IMG/VR virus record: IMGVR_UViG_3300035208_007100
DNA length: 64,000 bases
Strand: one strand, 5' to 3'
Source of the DNA: a virus
In this document: positions 18,585 to 28,577 of the stretch, one piece after another
Layout of the letters: the number at the start of each line of letters is the position of its first letter
Position numbering within the stretch: the first letter of the stretch is position 1
Notes under the pieces: model-generated
Told to the model about the DNA's origin: nothing
Database searches by the model: none
The model's input: the letters and a program-made list of their open reading frames with translations, nothing else
Translations under genes and position numbers: made by a program

Positions 18585-20048
18585 ATGATTGTCGTACAGA
18601 GCCTGTGGGTTGGTGATGCGCTGTCCCCGGTCGAACGCACCGTGATTGCGTCACACTTGCAACGCGGGCATCAATTCCATCTCTACACCTACGGCCCTGT
18701 GGCAAACGTGCCCACCGGCACGGTCGTGAAGGACGGTCGTGAGATCCTTCCCGCCTCTGAAATCTTTTGCTACCAGCGTGGTGCGGGCAAGGGTAGCGTC
18801 TCTGCGTTCTCCAATTGCTTTCGCTACAAACTGCTGGCGGAACGTGGGAACTGGTGGGTGGACATGGATGTGGTCTGCCTACTGCCCTTCGACTTCGCCG
18901 CGGACTACGTGTTCGCGGGCGAGAAGCGAATGAACGGCACAGTCGCAGCGACCACATGCGTGATGCGGGCGCCTCAGGGCAGCCCGCTGATGTCCCAATG
19001 CTTCGCGAGGTCCTGGGCCGTGGACCGGGCCACGGTGGAGTGGGGGCAGATCGGCCCGGCGCTGCTGAACACCTGTGTCAATGAGCTGGGACTGCAGCGC
19101 TACGTCATGCCGTCGACGACGTTCTGTCCTCTTCACACGTGGCAAGTCCAGCGGTTGTTCGATGTCTCAAACAAGATCGACATCACACACAGTCACGCCA
19201 TTCACCTCTGGAACGAGATGTGGCGGTCCGGCGGGTACAACAAGTTCGGAAGCTACCCCGGCCAAAGTCTCTTCAGCTGCCTCAAACGACTTGCGAAGAT
19301 CGACGAGCAGCCTATCGACGTACACACACTGGAAATGAACTTCACCAACTTCTGTAATCTGCGCTGCAAGAACTGCTGCAGTGCGGTAGGCTTGGCACCT
19401 TCACCGGGTTACATGTCGATGGAGGTCCTGCGACAGTGGTTGCGCGAGTCAAGGCTTCTGAAGTGGCGGTGGCACCTGCTCAAGCTCTGGGGCGGAGAAC
19501 CGACGCTGCATCCGCAGTTCTGGCAAGCGCTGGATCTCGTGCGGAAGTTCGGAACGCGAATTCTGTTGATGACCAACGGCTCCGGCGCGGAGTGTCACGA
19601 CGTCCTGCTCGATCTGCCCATCGCGGTCGAGGTCCAGAACACGGAGAAGTCCAAGCGTAAGGACTGCGACAACGCCTTCGAGACGATGTACATGGCCCCC
19701 TGCGACGATCCGCGGTACGCGTTTGCCGATTACAGCGTGGGTTGTTTTCGGTTGCAAGAATGCGGGCTTGGGCTGAGCGCTGATGGCCACTACTACCCGT
19801 GCGGACCGGGAATCCACGTCGCAAGGGTTTTCAACCTGGACATCGGCCTGCATTCGCTGGCGGAGGTTACCGAAGAGAACTTACGAGCACAGCTGCCCGC
19901 GCTCTGTTCGCGTTGTGGGCTATTCAAACAACCGGCGGTGCGTTCGTCGCAGCAACAAGTCAGCTCAACATGGCGGAAGGCTTTGGAGGCCTTCGGGAAC
20001 GTGTGGCTAGGGCAACCAGGGCCGGGGGTCGTGCCCGGCGAGCCGTAG
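18585..20048 (+). CDS. GT32 (DxD) glycosyltransferase fused to a radical SAM domain
   Basis: QSLWVG, FSNCFRY, WWVDMD, IGPALL, HLWNE; then CNLRCKNC, GGEPTLHP, TNG. Confidence 0.85.
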   Translation: MIVVQSLWVGDALSPVERTVIASHLQRGHQFHLYTYGPVANVPTGTVVKDGREILPASEIFCYQRGAGKGSVSAFSNCFRYKLLAERGNWWVDMDVVCLLPFDFAADYVFAGEKRMNGTVAATTCVMRAPQGSPLMSQCFARSWAVDRATVEWGQIGPALLNTCVNELGLQRYVMPSTTFCPLHTWQVQRLFDVSNKIDITHSHAIHLWNEMWRSGGYNKFGSYPGQSLFSCLKRLAKIDEQPIDVHTLEMNFTNFCNLRCKNCCSAVGLAPSPGYMSMEVLRQWLRESRLLKWRWHLLKLWGGEPTLHPQFWQALDLVRKFGTRILLMTNGSGAECHDVLLDLPIAVEVQNTEKSKRKDCDNAFETMYMAPCDDPRYAFADYSVGCFRLQECGLGLSADGHYYPCGPGIHVARVFNLDIGLHSLAEVTEENLRAQLPALCSRCGLFKQPAVRSSQQQVSSTWRKALEAFGNVWLGQPGPGVVPGEP

Positions 20049-20564
20049 GGCGTCGACCAATTCCAGATGCTTCGACTCGGGAAGCTGGATCTTGGTCCAG
20101 TGGAATTCAACAAAGAGTGCGTGGACGTGATGGATCTCGCCAGTGTCCAACAAATGACGCAGTACGGCGTACTCGGCACCTTCGATGTCGAGCTTGAGCG
20201 TCACATGCGCGTCGGCGGGCATGTTCGTGTGCAGCCAGGGACCGAAGGCAATGCACGGCACGGTGATCGGCTCCGGCAGGAACGCGGCCTCCAAATGGTC
20301 CCCCACCTCCGTGAGCTTGTGCGGCAGCAGCGAGCTTCCTTGTTGGCCGGGGTACTTGGACAAGTAGAACGGCCGTGGTTCGTCACAGTCCCAGATCGCA
20401 GCGCGTACCAACCGCACGTTGCTTTTGCTGTAGGCCTGCCAGCAGGCCGGGTTTGGCTCGAACACATAGACACAATCAAAGGGTCGTGGGAACATGGCGT
20501 CCGGTCCGACGGAGGGCTGCTGGGGATAGTTCCCACCGCCGTCGATGAAGATGTGCTGAATCAT
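20007..20564 (-). CDS. FkbM family methyltransferase
   Basis: FIDGGGN, FEPNP, AAIW, LKLDIEGAEY, VEFH; the only credible minus-strand gene. Confidence 0.8.
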   Translation of the reverse strand: MIQHIFIDGGGNYPQQPSVGPDAMFPRPFDCVYVFEPNPACWQAYSKSNVRLVRAAIWDCDEPRPFYLSKYPGQQGSSLLPHKLTEVGDHLEAAFLPEPITVPCIAFGPWLHTNMPADAHVTLKLDIEGAEYAVLRHLLDTGEIHHVHALFVEFHWTKIQLPESKHLELVDALRLAGHDPRPWLP

Positions 20565-20590
20565 GCTGGCCTTCTACAAAGGAATCGTTG

Positions 20591-21472
20591 ATGGCGATTG
20601 ACCAATACGACGACACGATGGCTTGGGCAACCTACGTCTACGGCTGGTACCAGGACTTCTTGCCGCTGCACATCTTCTCCGTGCTCTACAGCTACCCGCA
20701 CCATTACGTGCGCATCTTTCTACGGGAGAAGCTCAGCGAGCACAACCAGAAAATGTTGAACCTCGTGCGTCGGTTCTCGAACCGGTTCGAGGTGAACGAG
20801 CGGCACTACCCGGAGATGCAGGGGGACTGCATGTCCTACCGTTGGCTGATGCCCGAGGGCTGCTTCTATCCATTTAAGTACGCCTATAACTGCGACGTGG
20901 ACATCATCGTCTACAACGTGCGGCGGCGAACTTCGATCCTGACATGGCACCATAAGGACGCGCAGAAGCTGAAGCTGCCCTTTTCCAATCGGATTTGGCG
21001 AACGGAGGGCAAGAACCACCTCTGGGGCTGCCATTTCACGGTTGTCGAACCCTACTTTGCGGCCGTCCAGCCAGTGTTGAATCGGCTGCGGAAGTCAAAG
21101 GAGATCGTCAAGCTGTCGCTGGCGGCACGAACTGCGAGTGAGCGAGTGCTCTACGAGATCGTGGCGGAGGCCTTCAAACTGCCCCCACTGGATGAGCCCT
21201 ACCCGCCGCTCGACGAGCCTTGCGTAGCTTGCCCCGGGCTGCACCTCTCGTCACTGCGATGGGGTGAGCCGCTGCCTAAGTACGTGTTTCGCGCAGAACA
21301 CCTGTTGGCCATTCTGGGCGTCATGGATCACCCGGTGGCCACGTACATTGTCGAACGCACGCCTGGCCGAGCAGGTGAGCTGCTGCGAAACACCTGGCGG
21401 CAAGTCCAAGAATCGTGGATGGCCCAGCGACTGCAGGTTGTGACGCATCCGCTCAAGAAGGAAGGCTGGTAG
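20591..21472 (+). CDS. putative glycosyltransferase (DxD)
   Basis: YRWL..YAYNCDVDI; glycan-cluster context. Confidence 0.5.
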   Translation: MAIDQYDDTMAWATYVYGWYQDFLPLHIFSVLYSYPHHYVRIFLREKLSEHNQKMLNLVRRFSNRFEVNERHYPEMQGDCMSYRWLMPEGCFYPFKYAYNCDVDIIVYNVRRRTSILTWHHKDAQKLKLPFSNRIWRTEGKNHLWGCHFTVVEPYFAAVQPVLNRLRKSKEIVKLSLAARTASERVLYEIVAEAFKLPPLDEPYPPLDEPCVACPGLHLSSLRWGEPLPKYVFRAEHLLAILGVMDHPVATYIVERTPGRAGELLRNTWRQVQESWMAQRLQVVTHPLKKEGW

Positions 21473-21475
21473 GCC

Positions 21476-22225
21476 GTGCAAGAGATCATCATTGTCGGTA
21501 TGCCGCGGACCGGGTCGACATTCATGGGGATGGCCCTGGTGCAGCACCCGTCGATTTACGCCCCTACGGCTCCGAACGCCATGGAGCCGTTTCATCCTAC
21601 GTTGTTTCCCGGCGCGTCACAGGAGCCGTGGAAGACCGTCGACTATCACGTGTCGATGGCCCACCGGCACTACCCTCAGGCAACGCATCTGCTGTACAAG
21701 GTAATGTTCGATCAGGTGCGGTTCAAGCTGGAAGACTACCTGCGCCGCCTCGATCCGTGCTCGCGAGTGATTCACATGACACGGAACCCGATCGTGTCTT
21801 ACGCGTCCCACACAGCAGCGCGGCGTACGAAGATCTGGAACATCTGGACGGAGGAGGCACGGGCAAAGCTGCAGCTAGGAAATGTGCCGCCGAACATTCC
21901 GATGATTGTGCGTTGCTGCCGAGCCCATGAGATCAGTGGGCGATTCTGGCGAGACGTCTTCCCGAACGCGCATACGGTCACCTATTCCGATTTGAACCAC
22001 CGGGCGGCCGAAGTCTTGGCAGGCGTGTATGCGTACCTGGGACTGCCGCCGTGTGCCGCCGCCGGAACCACGCTGCGAATCGACGGCCGCCGGGCCCGAG
22101 ACCGGTATTCGGATTATGACCGCATCGCGAAGGAGCTGCCCGAGCGGTACCTCCATTACTTGGACGAGGTGGACGAAGAGTACGTGGCGGACCCGCCGCC
22201 CAGCAAGGAAGGGAAAGCAGAATGA
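21476..22225 (+). CDS. sulfotransferase (Stf0-like)
   Basis: PAPS loop GMPRTGST; IHMTRNPIVSYAS; VTYSDL. Confidence 0.8.
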   Translation: MQEIIIVGMPRTGSTFMGMALVQHPSIYAPTAPNAMEPFHPTLFPGASQEPWKTVDYHVSMAHRHYPQATHLLYKVMFDQVRFKLEDYLRRLDPCSRVIHMTRNPIVSYASHTAARRTKIWNIWTEEARAKLQLGNVPPNIPMIVRCCRAHEISGRFWRDVFPNAHTVTYSDLNHRAAEVLAGVYAYLGLPPCAAAGTTLRIDGRRARDRYSDYDRIAKELPERYLHYLDEVDEEYVADPPPSKEGKAE

Positions 22226-22923
22226 GTGAAAACACCGAGATGGCTGATCGTTTCGTGAACATTTACGGAAACAATCTCTGGACGCCGACCGATCCGTCGC
22301 AGGTCCACCTGGAGGACATCTGGACGGCCACTGTGCAAGAAGTGCTACGGTGGAAGAAGATCGCCAGCGTGCTGGAGGTGGGCTGTGGGCGGGCGCATGC
22401 GTCGGCAAGGGTTCGCTGGGGCAAGGTCAAGTACCTGGGCGTCGACATCGTCCCCTCCTGCATCGAAGAGGCGAAGAAACGGCCCGACGCGGCGACGAAG
22501 GGAATGCAGTTTGCCGTGCTCGACGCCGCTGTCGACGACCTGCCCTCCGCCGACTTGTTGCTGATGAAAAGTGTGTTGCAGCACTGGCACAACGAAGAGA
22601 TCTGGTGGTTCCTGTCGCGGCTGAAGCAGTTCCCCTGGCTGTTGATCTGCGACGACGTCTGCCACCGGAACTGGAACCTGTGGTATCAGGGCAAACCGAC
22701 CACACTCAACGGCGGCAACATGGGCGTTGCGGAGAAGCCGTGGCGGCCGCTGTCGTTGATCGATCACCCGTTCAACCTCCCTGGCACGCTGCTGGCGCTT
22801 TATCGCACATCGTACGAGGGCTACAAAGGCATCTTCCTGATTCGCGGACAAGGTGAAGTGACCGAGACGACCGAAGCTGCGTCGTCTGTGGCAGCGCCTG
22901 TGGTCGGACAGTCACCAGGTTGA
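22222..22923 (+). CDS. class I SAM-dependent methyltransferase
   Basis: SVLEVGCG, YLGVDIV, ADLLLMKSVLQH. Confidence 0.85.
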   Translation: MSENTEMADRFVNIYGNNLWTPTDPSQVHLEDIWTATVQEVLRWKKIASVLEVGCGRAHASARVRWGKVKYLGVDIVPSCIEEAKKRPDAATKGMQFAVLDAAVDDLPSADLLLMKSVLQHWHNEEIWWFLSRLKQFPWLLICDDVCHRNWNLWYQGKPTTLNGGNMGVAEKPWRPLSLIDHPFNLPGTLLALYRTSYEGYKGIFLIRGQGEVTETTEAASSVAAPVVGQSPG

Positions 22924-22929
22924 GCTTCT

Positions 22930-23360
22930 CGCGCAGGAATCCTGCTGGATATACTGGGAGCTGGCCAGGGTGGCACCCGAACCAAGGGCCCCGCCGGGGC
23001 GTTCCGAGATGGATCAAGGAATAGTCCGGCGATGGGTGAGTGAGAGAGCATGGCGCGAGGCATTGTCGTCGGTCACACCATGCTCGCAAGAACGACTCGC
23101 TGTCGGAGGGGAGACAGCGGGCTAGTTGGGTTTGAATCCGGAAAAGTCCTCGGCAAACAGATCCCGGACAGACGTGCGCGACGGTTTCGCCACCGGTAGG
23201 TTCCTTCCCCGGCACGAACGAAAGCAAAACCAACCACGACGATTGATCCTCCGGCGTGGTCTAGGGTACAACGACTGCGATTGCAGGGCTCTTGCGCATT
23301 CCGCCTTGCTGTTGCGACTCGACCTGGTGCGTCTGTCTAGCTCACGGAGTCCTTGGAATT
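22930..23360 (+). ncRNA. candidate structured non-coding RNA
   Basis: ~430-nt gap with no convincing ORF; stems gagcatgg/ccatgctc, cgctgtc/gacagcg, accacg/cgtggt; TATACT at ~22950. Confidence 0.3.
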
Positions 23361-23365
23361 GGGTC

Positions 23366-24229
23366 ATGGATGTTTGGTCATGCAACCGCAGTGAGTGGTG
23401 TCCGTGCGAGCAGCCGAAGCTGCAACGGATCATCATCTCCACCCAGGCTGATTACTGCCAGGAACAGTTTCCGTTCTGGTATCGCTGGTACACCCAGATC
23501 TTCCCGGCCGATCTGATCTTCGTTCTGGCTGTCGAGACTCCCGTTGCGTCCACGGACGCCACGGAAGCGTTCTACAACGGAAAGCCGGGTGTGCACTTCC
23601 AGCGCATCCGGCGAGAGAACTTCGAGCCGGGCGAGGCCTGGGACGTCCTGACTCGGTGGGCCAACGGCCCCTGGTTACGGCCGCCGTACATGATCCTGTC
23701 GGCCGACACGGATCAGTACTTCGAGCTGCCGCTCTCGCCACCCCCCGCCCATCGCGGGCTGATCTTCTTTCACGAGGTCGAGCTGGCCAGCGACCACGTT
23801 CCGTCTGTGGAGCAACTTGCGGAGACGCCGTTGCGGGAACTGTCGCTGGACTGGCGGTCGTTCTGCGTTGGCAAAGGACACTTCACGACGGAGCGGCGGG
23901 CAGCCCTGTACAACATCCCCAGTTGTCCACGCACGGGCGCGGGGAGCCACTGCTACCCGCCTGACTTCGTGACCAACGGCGATTCGCAAGGCTACCACTG
24001 GATCTTCAGCGGAGCGGATGCCTTCGTGCGCAAAGTGCACTCGCTGACGTTGGCCAAAGGCGATAAGCTGTGGTGGCACTGGCCACAGTGGGCCAAGATG
24101 TCGCGGGAGCAGAGCGAGGACGCTTTGCGAGTGCACTACGCAGCAATGGTCCGTGAAGGCGCGGCCGGGCCACGCGTGGAGCGGTTCAAACGGCTCTTGA
24201 TCGAAGGAACACGGGCTGATGGCGGTTGA
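23366..24229 (+). CDS. putative glycosyltransferase (GT2-like, DxD)
   Basis: WYRWY, ILSADTDQY; start uncertain. Confidence 0.5.
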   Translation: MDVWSCNRSEWCPCEQPKLQRIIISTQADYCQEQFPFWYRWYTQIFPADLIFVLAVETPVASTDATEAFYNGKPGVHFQRIRRENFEPGEAWDVLTRWANGPWLRPPYMILSADTDQYFELPLSPPPAHRGLIFFHEVELASDHVPSVEQLAETPLRELSLDWRSFCVGKGHFTTERRAALYNIPSCPRTGAGSHCYPPDFVTNGDSQGYHWIFSGADAFVRKVHSLTLAKGDKLWWHWPQWAKMSREQSEDALRVHYAAMVREGAAGPRVERFKRLLIEGTRADGG

Positions 24230-24971
24230 GACTCCGGCAGGGAAGCTCGGTGTCGTCTACTCCTGCTACCTGGTACCCGGCTGGGAAACCTGTGTCAGCG
24301 AGCAGCTGGCCAAGGTTGTGGTCTCTGGACTTTATGCAGCCGCCGACTCTTTCGTCGTGGTCGCCTCAGGCAGCCGCGAGGAGCTGCACAAGTTCCTGGT
24401 CTACACGGCACCCCTGGCAAAGCTCAATCTCACGTTGCGGACCCAGAACAGCTACGAGTTCCCCGCAATCGAGGCCGTGCGAAACCATGCCGTGGCCCAT
24501 CCCAAAGACAAAATCTGCTACTTCCACACCAAGGGCGTGACCAGCGGCGACCACGCTTGGCGAAAGGTCCTTGACTACTGGACCTTGTTGCGATGGCGAG
24601 AGAACGTAGCAGCGCTAAGCAGCAACTACGACATCAGCGGGCCGCTGTGGCTACAGACCACGGACAAGCACAAGTTTCACTTCTATGCAGGCAACTTCTG
24701 GTGGGCCAACGCAGCTTATCTTGCTCGACTGGCCCGTTTACAGTACTCTGGCCGCAATGATCGTTTTGAGTGCGAAGCATGGATCGGTTGCCGGAGGCCC
24801 AGGTGGTACAACGTGAACGCACCCCAGAAGCCCTTCACATCCTTGCAGGCGATGCGGACGTACGTGCGGTCGCCTGCGGTGGCGAGCTGGGCAGAGAGGC
24901 TGGATCAGCTCCCGGCACTGCGGACGGCTATGGTCCATTTCCGCGGTTTGCTTGCGGAGGACGCATCGTGA
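24219..24971 (+). CDS. putative glycosyltransferase-like protein
   Basis: YEFPAI, YFHTKGV, FYAGNFWW, RFECEAWIG; paralog of 38470-39255. Confidence 0.55.
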   Translation: MAVETPAGKLGVVYSCYLVPGWETCVSEQLAKVVVSGLYAAADSFVVVASGSREELHKFLVYTAPLAKLNLTLRTQNSYEFPAIEAVRNHAVAHPKDKICYFHTKGVTSGDHAWRKVLDYWTLLRWRENVAALSSNYDISGPLWLQTTDKHKFHFYAGNFWWANAAYLARLARLQYSGRNDRFECEAWIGCRRPRWYNVNAPQKPFTSLQAMRTYVRSPAVASWAERLDQLPALRTAMVHFRGLLAEDAS

Positions 24972-26248
24972 CTCGGTCGCGACCGTGGCGCATCCTCGTC
25001 TACCCATGCGGGACTGAGATCGGGCTGGAGATCGGCCGGTGCCTGCGTGACAACCCGTTCATCGACCTGTGGGGAGCGAATTCGGTCGAGGACTACAGCG
25101 CACATGTCTACAGCAAGCTGACCATCGTTCCCAACGCGTACGCCCAGAACATGGGCCAGGAACTGACGGCTCTTCGCAGCCGCGAAGACATCGACGCGAT
25201 CTTCCCTGCGCACGACCAGGCGATTCACCAACTGGCCAGGGCCATGCCGTGCTACCTGATCGGTTCGCCTGTGGTGACGTGTGCCATCTGCCGGGACAAA
25301 CGGTCGACCCTGTACACGTTGCTGGAAGGCGGCGTGTCCGTGCCGCAGATCTACCCAGGCGTGGATGCCATTCCTGCCGACGCCTTTCCCGTGTTCTTGA
25401 AGCCGGAGCAGGGTCAAGGCACTCGCGGGATCTACCAGAAGGCCAACGACCAGACCACGGTGGACTTCTGGATCAATCAGGACCCAACGCTGCTGGTGAC
25501 GGAATATCTTCCCGGCACTGAGTACACGGTGGACTGTTTCACCGATTTCACCGGCAAGTTGTGCTTCGTGGGTCCCCGCGTCCGTGGCCGGGTCAGCGGC
25601 GGGATCGCTGTGCACACGAGAACGGTGCTTCACGGGGAGCTGGAGTCGCAGGCGGAGCTGATCAACAAGTGCATGCAGTTCGACGGCCCGTGGTTCTTCC
25701 AGGCTATCGAGGCCACGGACGGCCGTGTCTGCGTGACTGAGGTTGCCTCACGCATCGCAGGATCCTCGGGGGTGCAGCGTGCCCGTGGCGTGAATCTTCC
25801 GTTGCTCGCCGTGTACAATCACTTCAAAGAGCCCGTGGCGATCCGGCCCATCACCGACTCCGTGACCATGGACCGGGCCCTCACCTGCCGCGTACAGTTG
25901 CCACCCTATGACCATGTGTTCGTGGACCTGGACGACACGCTGCTGGTCAACGACTTGCTCAACGCCGAGCTGGTGCGGTTCCTGATCGAGGCACGCAACG
26001 CCGGGAAGCTGATCCACGTGCTGACGCGGCGGCACTCTTACCCGCCCTGCGCTGCCTGGCACTTCCTGATGGCGATGGCTGACGAGTGGCTCGTGGTCTG
26101 CGACGACAGGCGCAAGAGCCAGTTCATCCGGGACCATGATCTTCCGGCGATCTTCATCGACGACTCGTTTGCGGAGCGCAGAGAGGTGTACGAGGCGAAG
26201 GGAATCCCTTGCTACGGCCTGGACGCCGTCGAGTTCTTGCATGCCTAA
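24968..26248 (+). CDS. ATP-grasp protein with C-terminal HAD-like domain
   Basis: FPVFLKPEQGQGTRG, EYLPGTEYTVD, TEVASRIAG; FVDLDDTL, IFIDDSF. Confidence 0.85.
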   Translation: MTRSRPWRILVYPCGTEIGLEIGRCLRDNPFIDLWGANSVEDYSAHVYSKLTIVPNAYAQNMGQELTALRSREDIDAIFPAHDQAIHQLARAMPCYLIGSPVVTCAICRDKRSTLYTLLEGGVSVPQIYPGVDAIPADAFPVFLKPEQGQGTRGIYQKANDQTTVDFWINQDPTLLVTEYLPGTEYTVDCFTDFTGKLCFVGPRVRGRVSGGIAVHTRTVLHGELESQAELINKCMQFDGPWFFQAIEATDGRVCVTEVASRIAGSSGVQRARGVNLPLLAVYNHFKEPVAIRPITDSVTMDRALTCRVQLPPYDHVFVDLDDTLLVNDLLNAELVRFLIEARNAGKLIHVLTRRHSYPPCAAWHFLMAMADEWLVVCDDRRKSQFIRDHDLPAIFIDDSFAERREVYEAKGIPCYGLDAVEFLHA

Positions 26249-27335
26249 GCTCAAGTACCCGTTGTTCAAGATCGAGATGCCCCGGTTGACCTCGCCAGAG
26301 ATGGCGGTGCGTCTGAACGAGATCTGGGACCGTGGCTGGTACACCAACAACGGGCCGATGGTGAAAGAGCTGGAACAGTACGTCGCCGCACTGTACGGTT
26401 ACTTGCCCTCGCAAGTTGTCACAGTAGCAAACGCCACGCTGGGCTTGATCCTCTCCGTGCGGGCGTTGCAGTGGTCCCGGCTGACCCGGGCGTTGCTGCC
26501 GTCGTTCACGTTCCCGGCCACGATGCAAGCACTGCAGTGGAACGACATCCCGTACCGTTTCGGGGATGTGCGGCCGGACTCGCTGGCCATGGACCTGGAT
26601 GCGTGCTGGCAGGATGCCGACTGCCCTCGCGAGCAGGTGATCTACGTGATGCCGCTGGGCGTGCCAGATGACCGCACTTTCTCATTGGGCAAGTTTGGCT
26701 CCGTGATCGTGGACGCGGCCGGGTGCCTGGGCTTGCACATGCGGAACACGATGGCGCAAGCAGACGCCACGGTGTTCAGCCTGCACGCTACCAAGCCGAT
26801 GGGCGTGGGCGAGGGCGGGGTTGTGATCTGCAAGAGCATGGCGGTCGCGGAGAAGATCCGGCGATTGGCCAATTTCGGGCTGAGCGACGCGGGGGACGTG
26901 GTCGAACGTCTCGGCATGAACGCGAAGCTCAACGAAGTCACAGCGGCGATGGCCCTGGTGAAGCTGAAGAAGGGTCGCGACACCGAAGGACAGGTGGTCG
27001 AGACGTACGTTCGCGAGCTGGGGTCTCACGGTATCGAGACCGGGCCTCCACGGCTGTTGTGTGCCGACGCGAGCATGTTTCCCGTGCTCGTGAACAACCC
27101 GGCGGCCGTCGAGAAGAAGATGCTTCAGGGCGGCGTGCAGACCCGTCGCTATTACCGCCCGCTGCACCGCATGCTGGGACAGGGCACGTTCGCTCTGGGA
27201 AGTCTTGCGGTCACCAATCGCGTGGTGGAGCGTTTGTTGCTGCTCCCGCTGCACGCGGATTTCAAGTACCAGGACGTGGCCTACATTTGTGAGCAGCTCA
27301 AGGGCTGTATTGAGGAGGTGCGCTGTGCTGACTAA
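26241..27335 (+). CDS. DegT/DnrJ/EryC1/StrS sugar aminotransferase
   Basis: NNGP, ANAT, PSFTFPAT, VDAA, FSLHATKPMGVGEGG, GMNAKLNE. Confidence 0.9.
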   Translation: MPKLKYPLFKIEMPRLTSPEMAVRLNEIWDRGWYTNNGPMVKELEQYVAALYGYLPSQVVTVANATLGLILSVRALQWSRLTRALLPSFTFPATMQALQWNDIPYRFGDVRPDSLAMDLDACWQDADCPREQVIYVMPLGVPDDRTFSLGKFGSVIVDAAGCLGLHMRNTMAQADATVFSLHATKPMGVGEGGVVICKSMAVAEKIRRLANFGLSDAGDVVERLGMNAKLNEVTAAMALVKLKKGRDTEGQVVETYVRELGSHGIETGPPRLLCADASMFPVLVNNPAAVEKKMLQGGVQTRRYYRPLHRMLGQGTFALGSLAVTNRVVERLLLLPLHADFKYQDVAYICEQLKGCIEEVRCAD

Positions 27336-27981
27336 TATCACGTTTCAGGCGATCCCGGGCTGGTTTGACTTTCCGGAGATCTACGAGAAGGCAGTGCAGC
27401 GGGCCAAGGACGGTGCCCACTTCGTGGAGGTCGGTGTCTACTTCGGCCGCTCCGCTTGCTTCATGGCGTTAGAGATCGTCGCGTCAGGGAAGCAGATTCG
27501 CTTCGACGCGATTGACTTGTTCAAGTTCGACACTCCTCATCCCGAACAACGCACAGCGGAGTGGGACGCAGCAGAGCAGCTCACAGATCTGGTCGGTGCC
27601 ACTTGGGCAACCATCTGTGCCAATCGTGAGGCCATGATCTGCAAGTACGGGTCGCAGCTGCGAGCCTGTCGCAAGTTCCTGAAAGCAGCAGGCGTGCTGG
27701 ACCACGTGCGGCTGATTCAGCAGGACTCGGCCTCCGCCGCCTCGCAGTACGCACCTGCGTCGCTGGACTTTGTGTGGTTGGACGCGGGGCACGATTATGC
27801 CACGGTCCTGGCGGATCTGCAGGCGTGGGTTCCCAAGGTCAAGGCGGGCGGAGTGATCGGCGGACATGACTACTATCACGACGGCTCCGAGGAGCAGGTC
27901 CGGGCGGCCGTGGATGGTTTCTTCGGCGTGAAGCCGGAGAGCGCCCGGTGCGGCGAAAGCTCGTGGCTGGTCCAACGGTAA
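27325..27981 (+). CDS. class I methyltransferase (Methyltransf_24-like)
   Basis: FVEVGVYFGRS, LDFVWLDAGH, GGHDY. Confidence 0.85.
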   Translation: MLTNITFQAIPGWFDFPEIYEKAVQRAKDGAHFVEVGVYFGRSACFMALEIVASGKQIRFDAIDLFKFDTPHPEQRTAEWDAAEQLTDLVGATWATICANREAMICKYGSQLRACRKFLKAAGVLDHVRLIQQDSASAASQYAPASLDFVWLDAGHDYATVLADLQAWVPKVKAGGVIGGHDYYHDGSEEQVRAAVDGFFGVKPESARCGESSWLVQR

Positions 27982-27994
27982 ATCGAGTAACGGC

Positions 27995-28573
27995 ATGGAT
28001 GACCAAGCGTATCTACAGATCCCCGGGTGGTTCAACTTTGAGGATGTGTACCGGGACATCGTGGCCCAGGCCCAGCCCGGTGCACACTTCGTCGAGGTAG
28101 GCGTCTATTGCGGCCGCTCGACGTGTTTCATGGCCACCGAGATCGCCAAGTCGGGCAAACTGCTGGTGTTCGATGCGGTGGACATCTTCTGCGACGGCCA
28201 TCTGACCAGCCCCTCGCAGAAGGAGATCCTCAACCGCTTCGGTACGCAGCTGCACGCGTGTCGTCACTACTTGGTGCAGGCAAATATCGATCACCTGGTG
28301 ACGTTGGTGGCTTTGCCGTCGGTTCAGGCCGCTTCGCTTTACGCGGACAACTCGCTGGACTTCATCTGGCTCGACGCCGGGCACGACTTCGCCAGCGTCT
28401 CGGCGGACCTGAAAGCATGGGCGCCCAAGCTCAAGCGCGGCGGGACCATCGGCGGTCACGACTACTGGAACGACGAACAAGCGGCGCAGGTGCAGGCGGC
28501 CGTGGACGGCTTCTTCGAGATCGAACCTGGCAGTGCTCGCCAGGGCGAAAGCTCCTGGCTCTTGCGGCGGTGA
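27995..28573 (+). CDS. class I methyltransferase, tandem paralog
   Basis: same motifs; closely similar to 27325-27981. Confidence 0.85.
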   Translation: MDDQAYLQIPGWFNFEDVYRDIVAQAQPGAHFVEVGVYCGRSTCFMATEIAKSGKLLVFDAVDIFCDGHLTSPSQKEILNRFGTQLHACRHYLVQANIDHLVTLVALPSVQAASLYADNSLDFIWLDAGHDFASVSADLKAWAPKLKRGGTIGGHDYWNDEQAAQVQAAVDGFFEIEPGSARQGESSWLLRR

Positions 28574-28577
28574 CGCG

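Noticed and set aside
23120..23145. tRNA from the T-loop-like GGTTTGAATCC
   Set aside because: No cloverleaf or acceptor stem could be built; no tRNA recognised anywhere in the window
23139..23175. RNase P-like words (GGAAAAGTCC; ACAGATCCCGG)
   Set aside because: The two elements are adjacent instead of ~300 nt apart and do not form a proper P4 pairing
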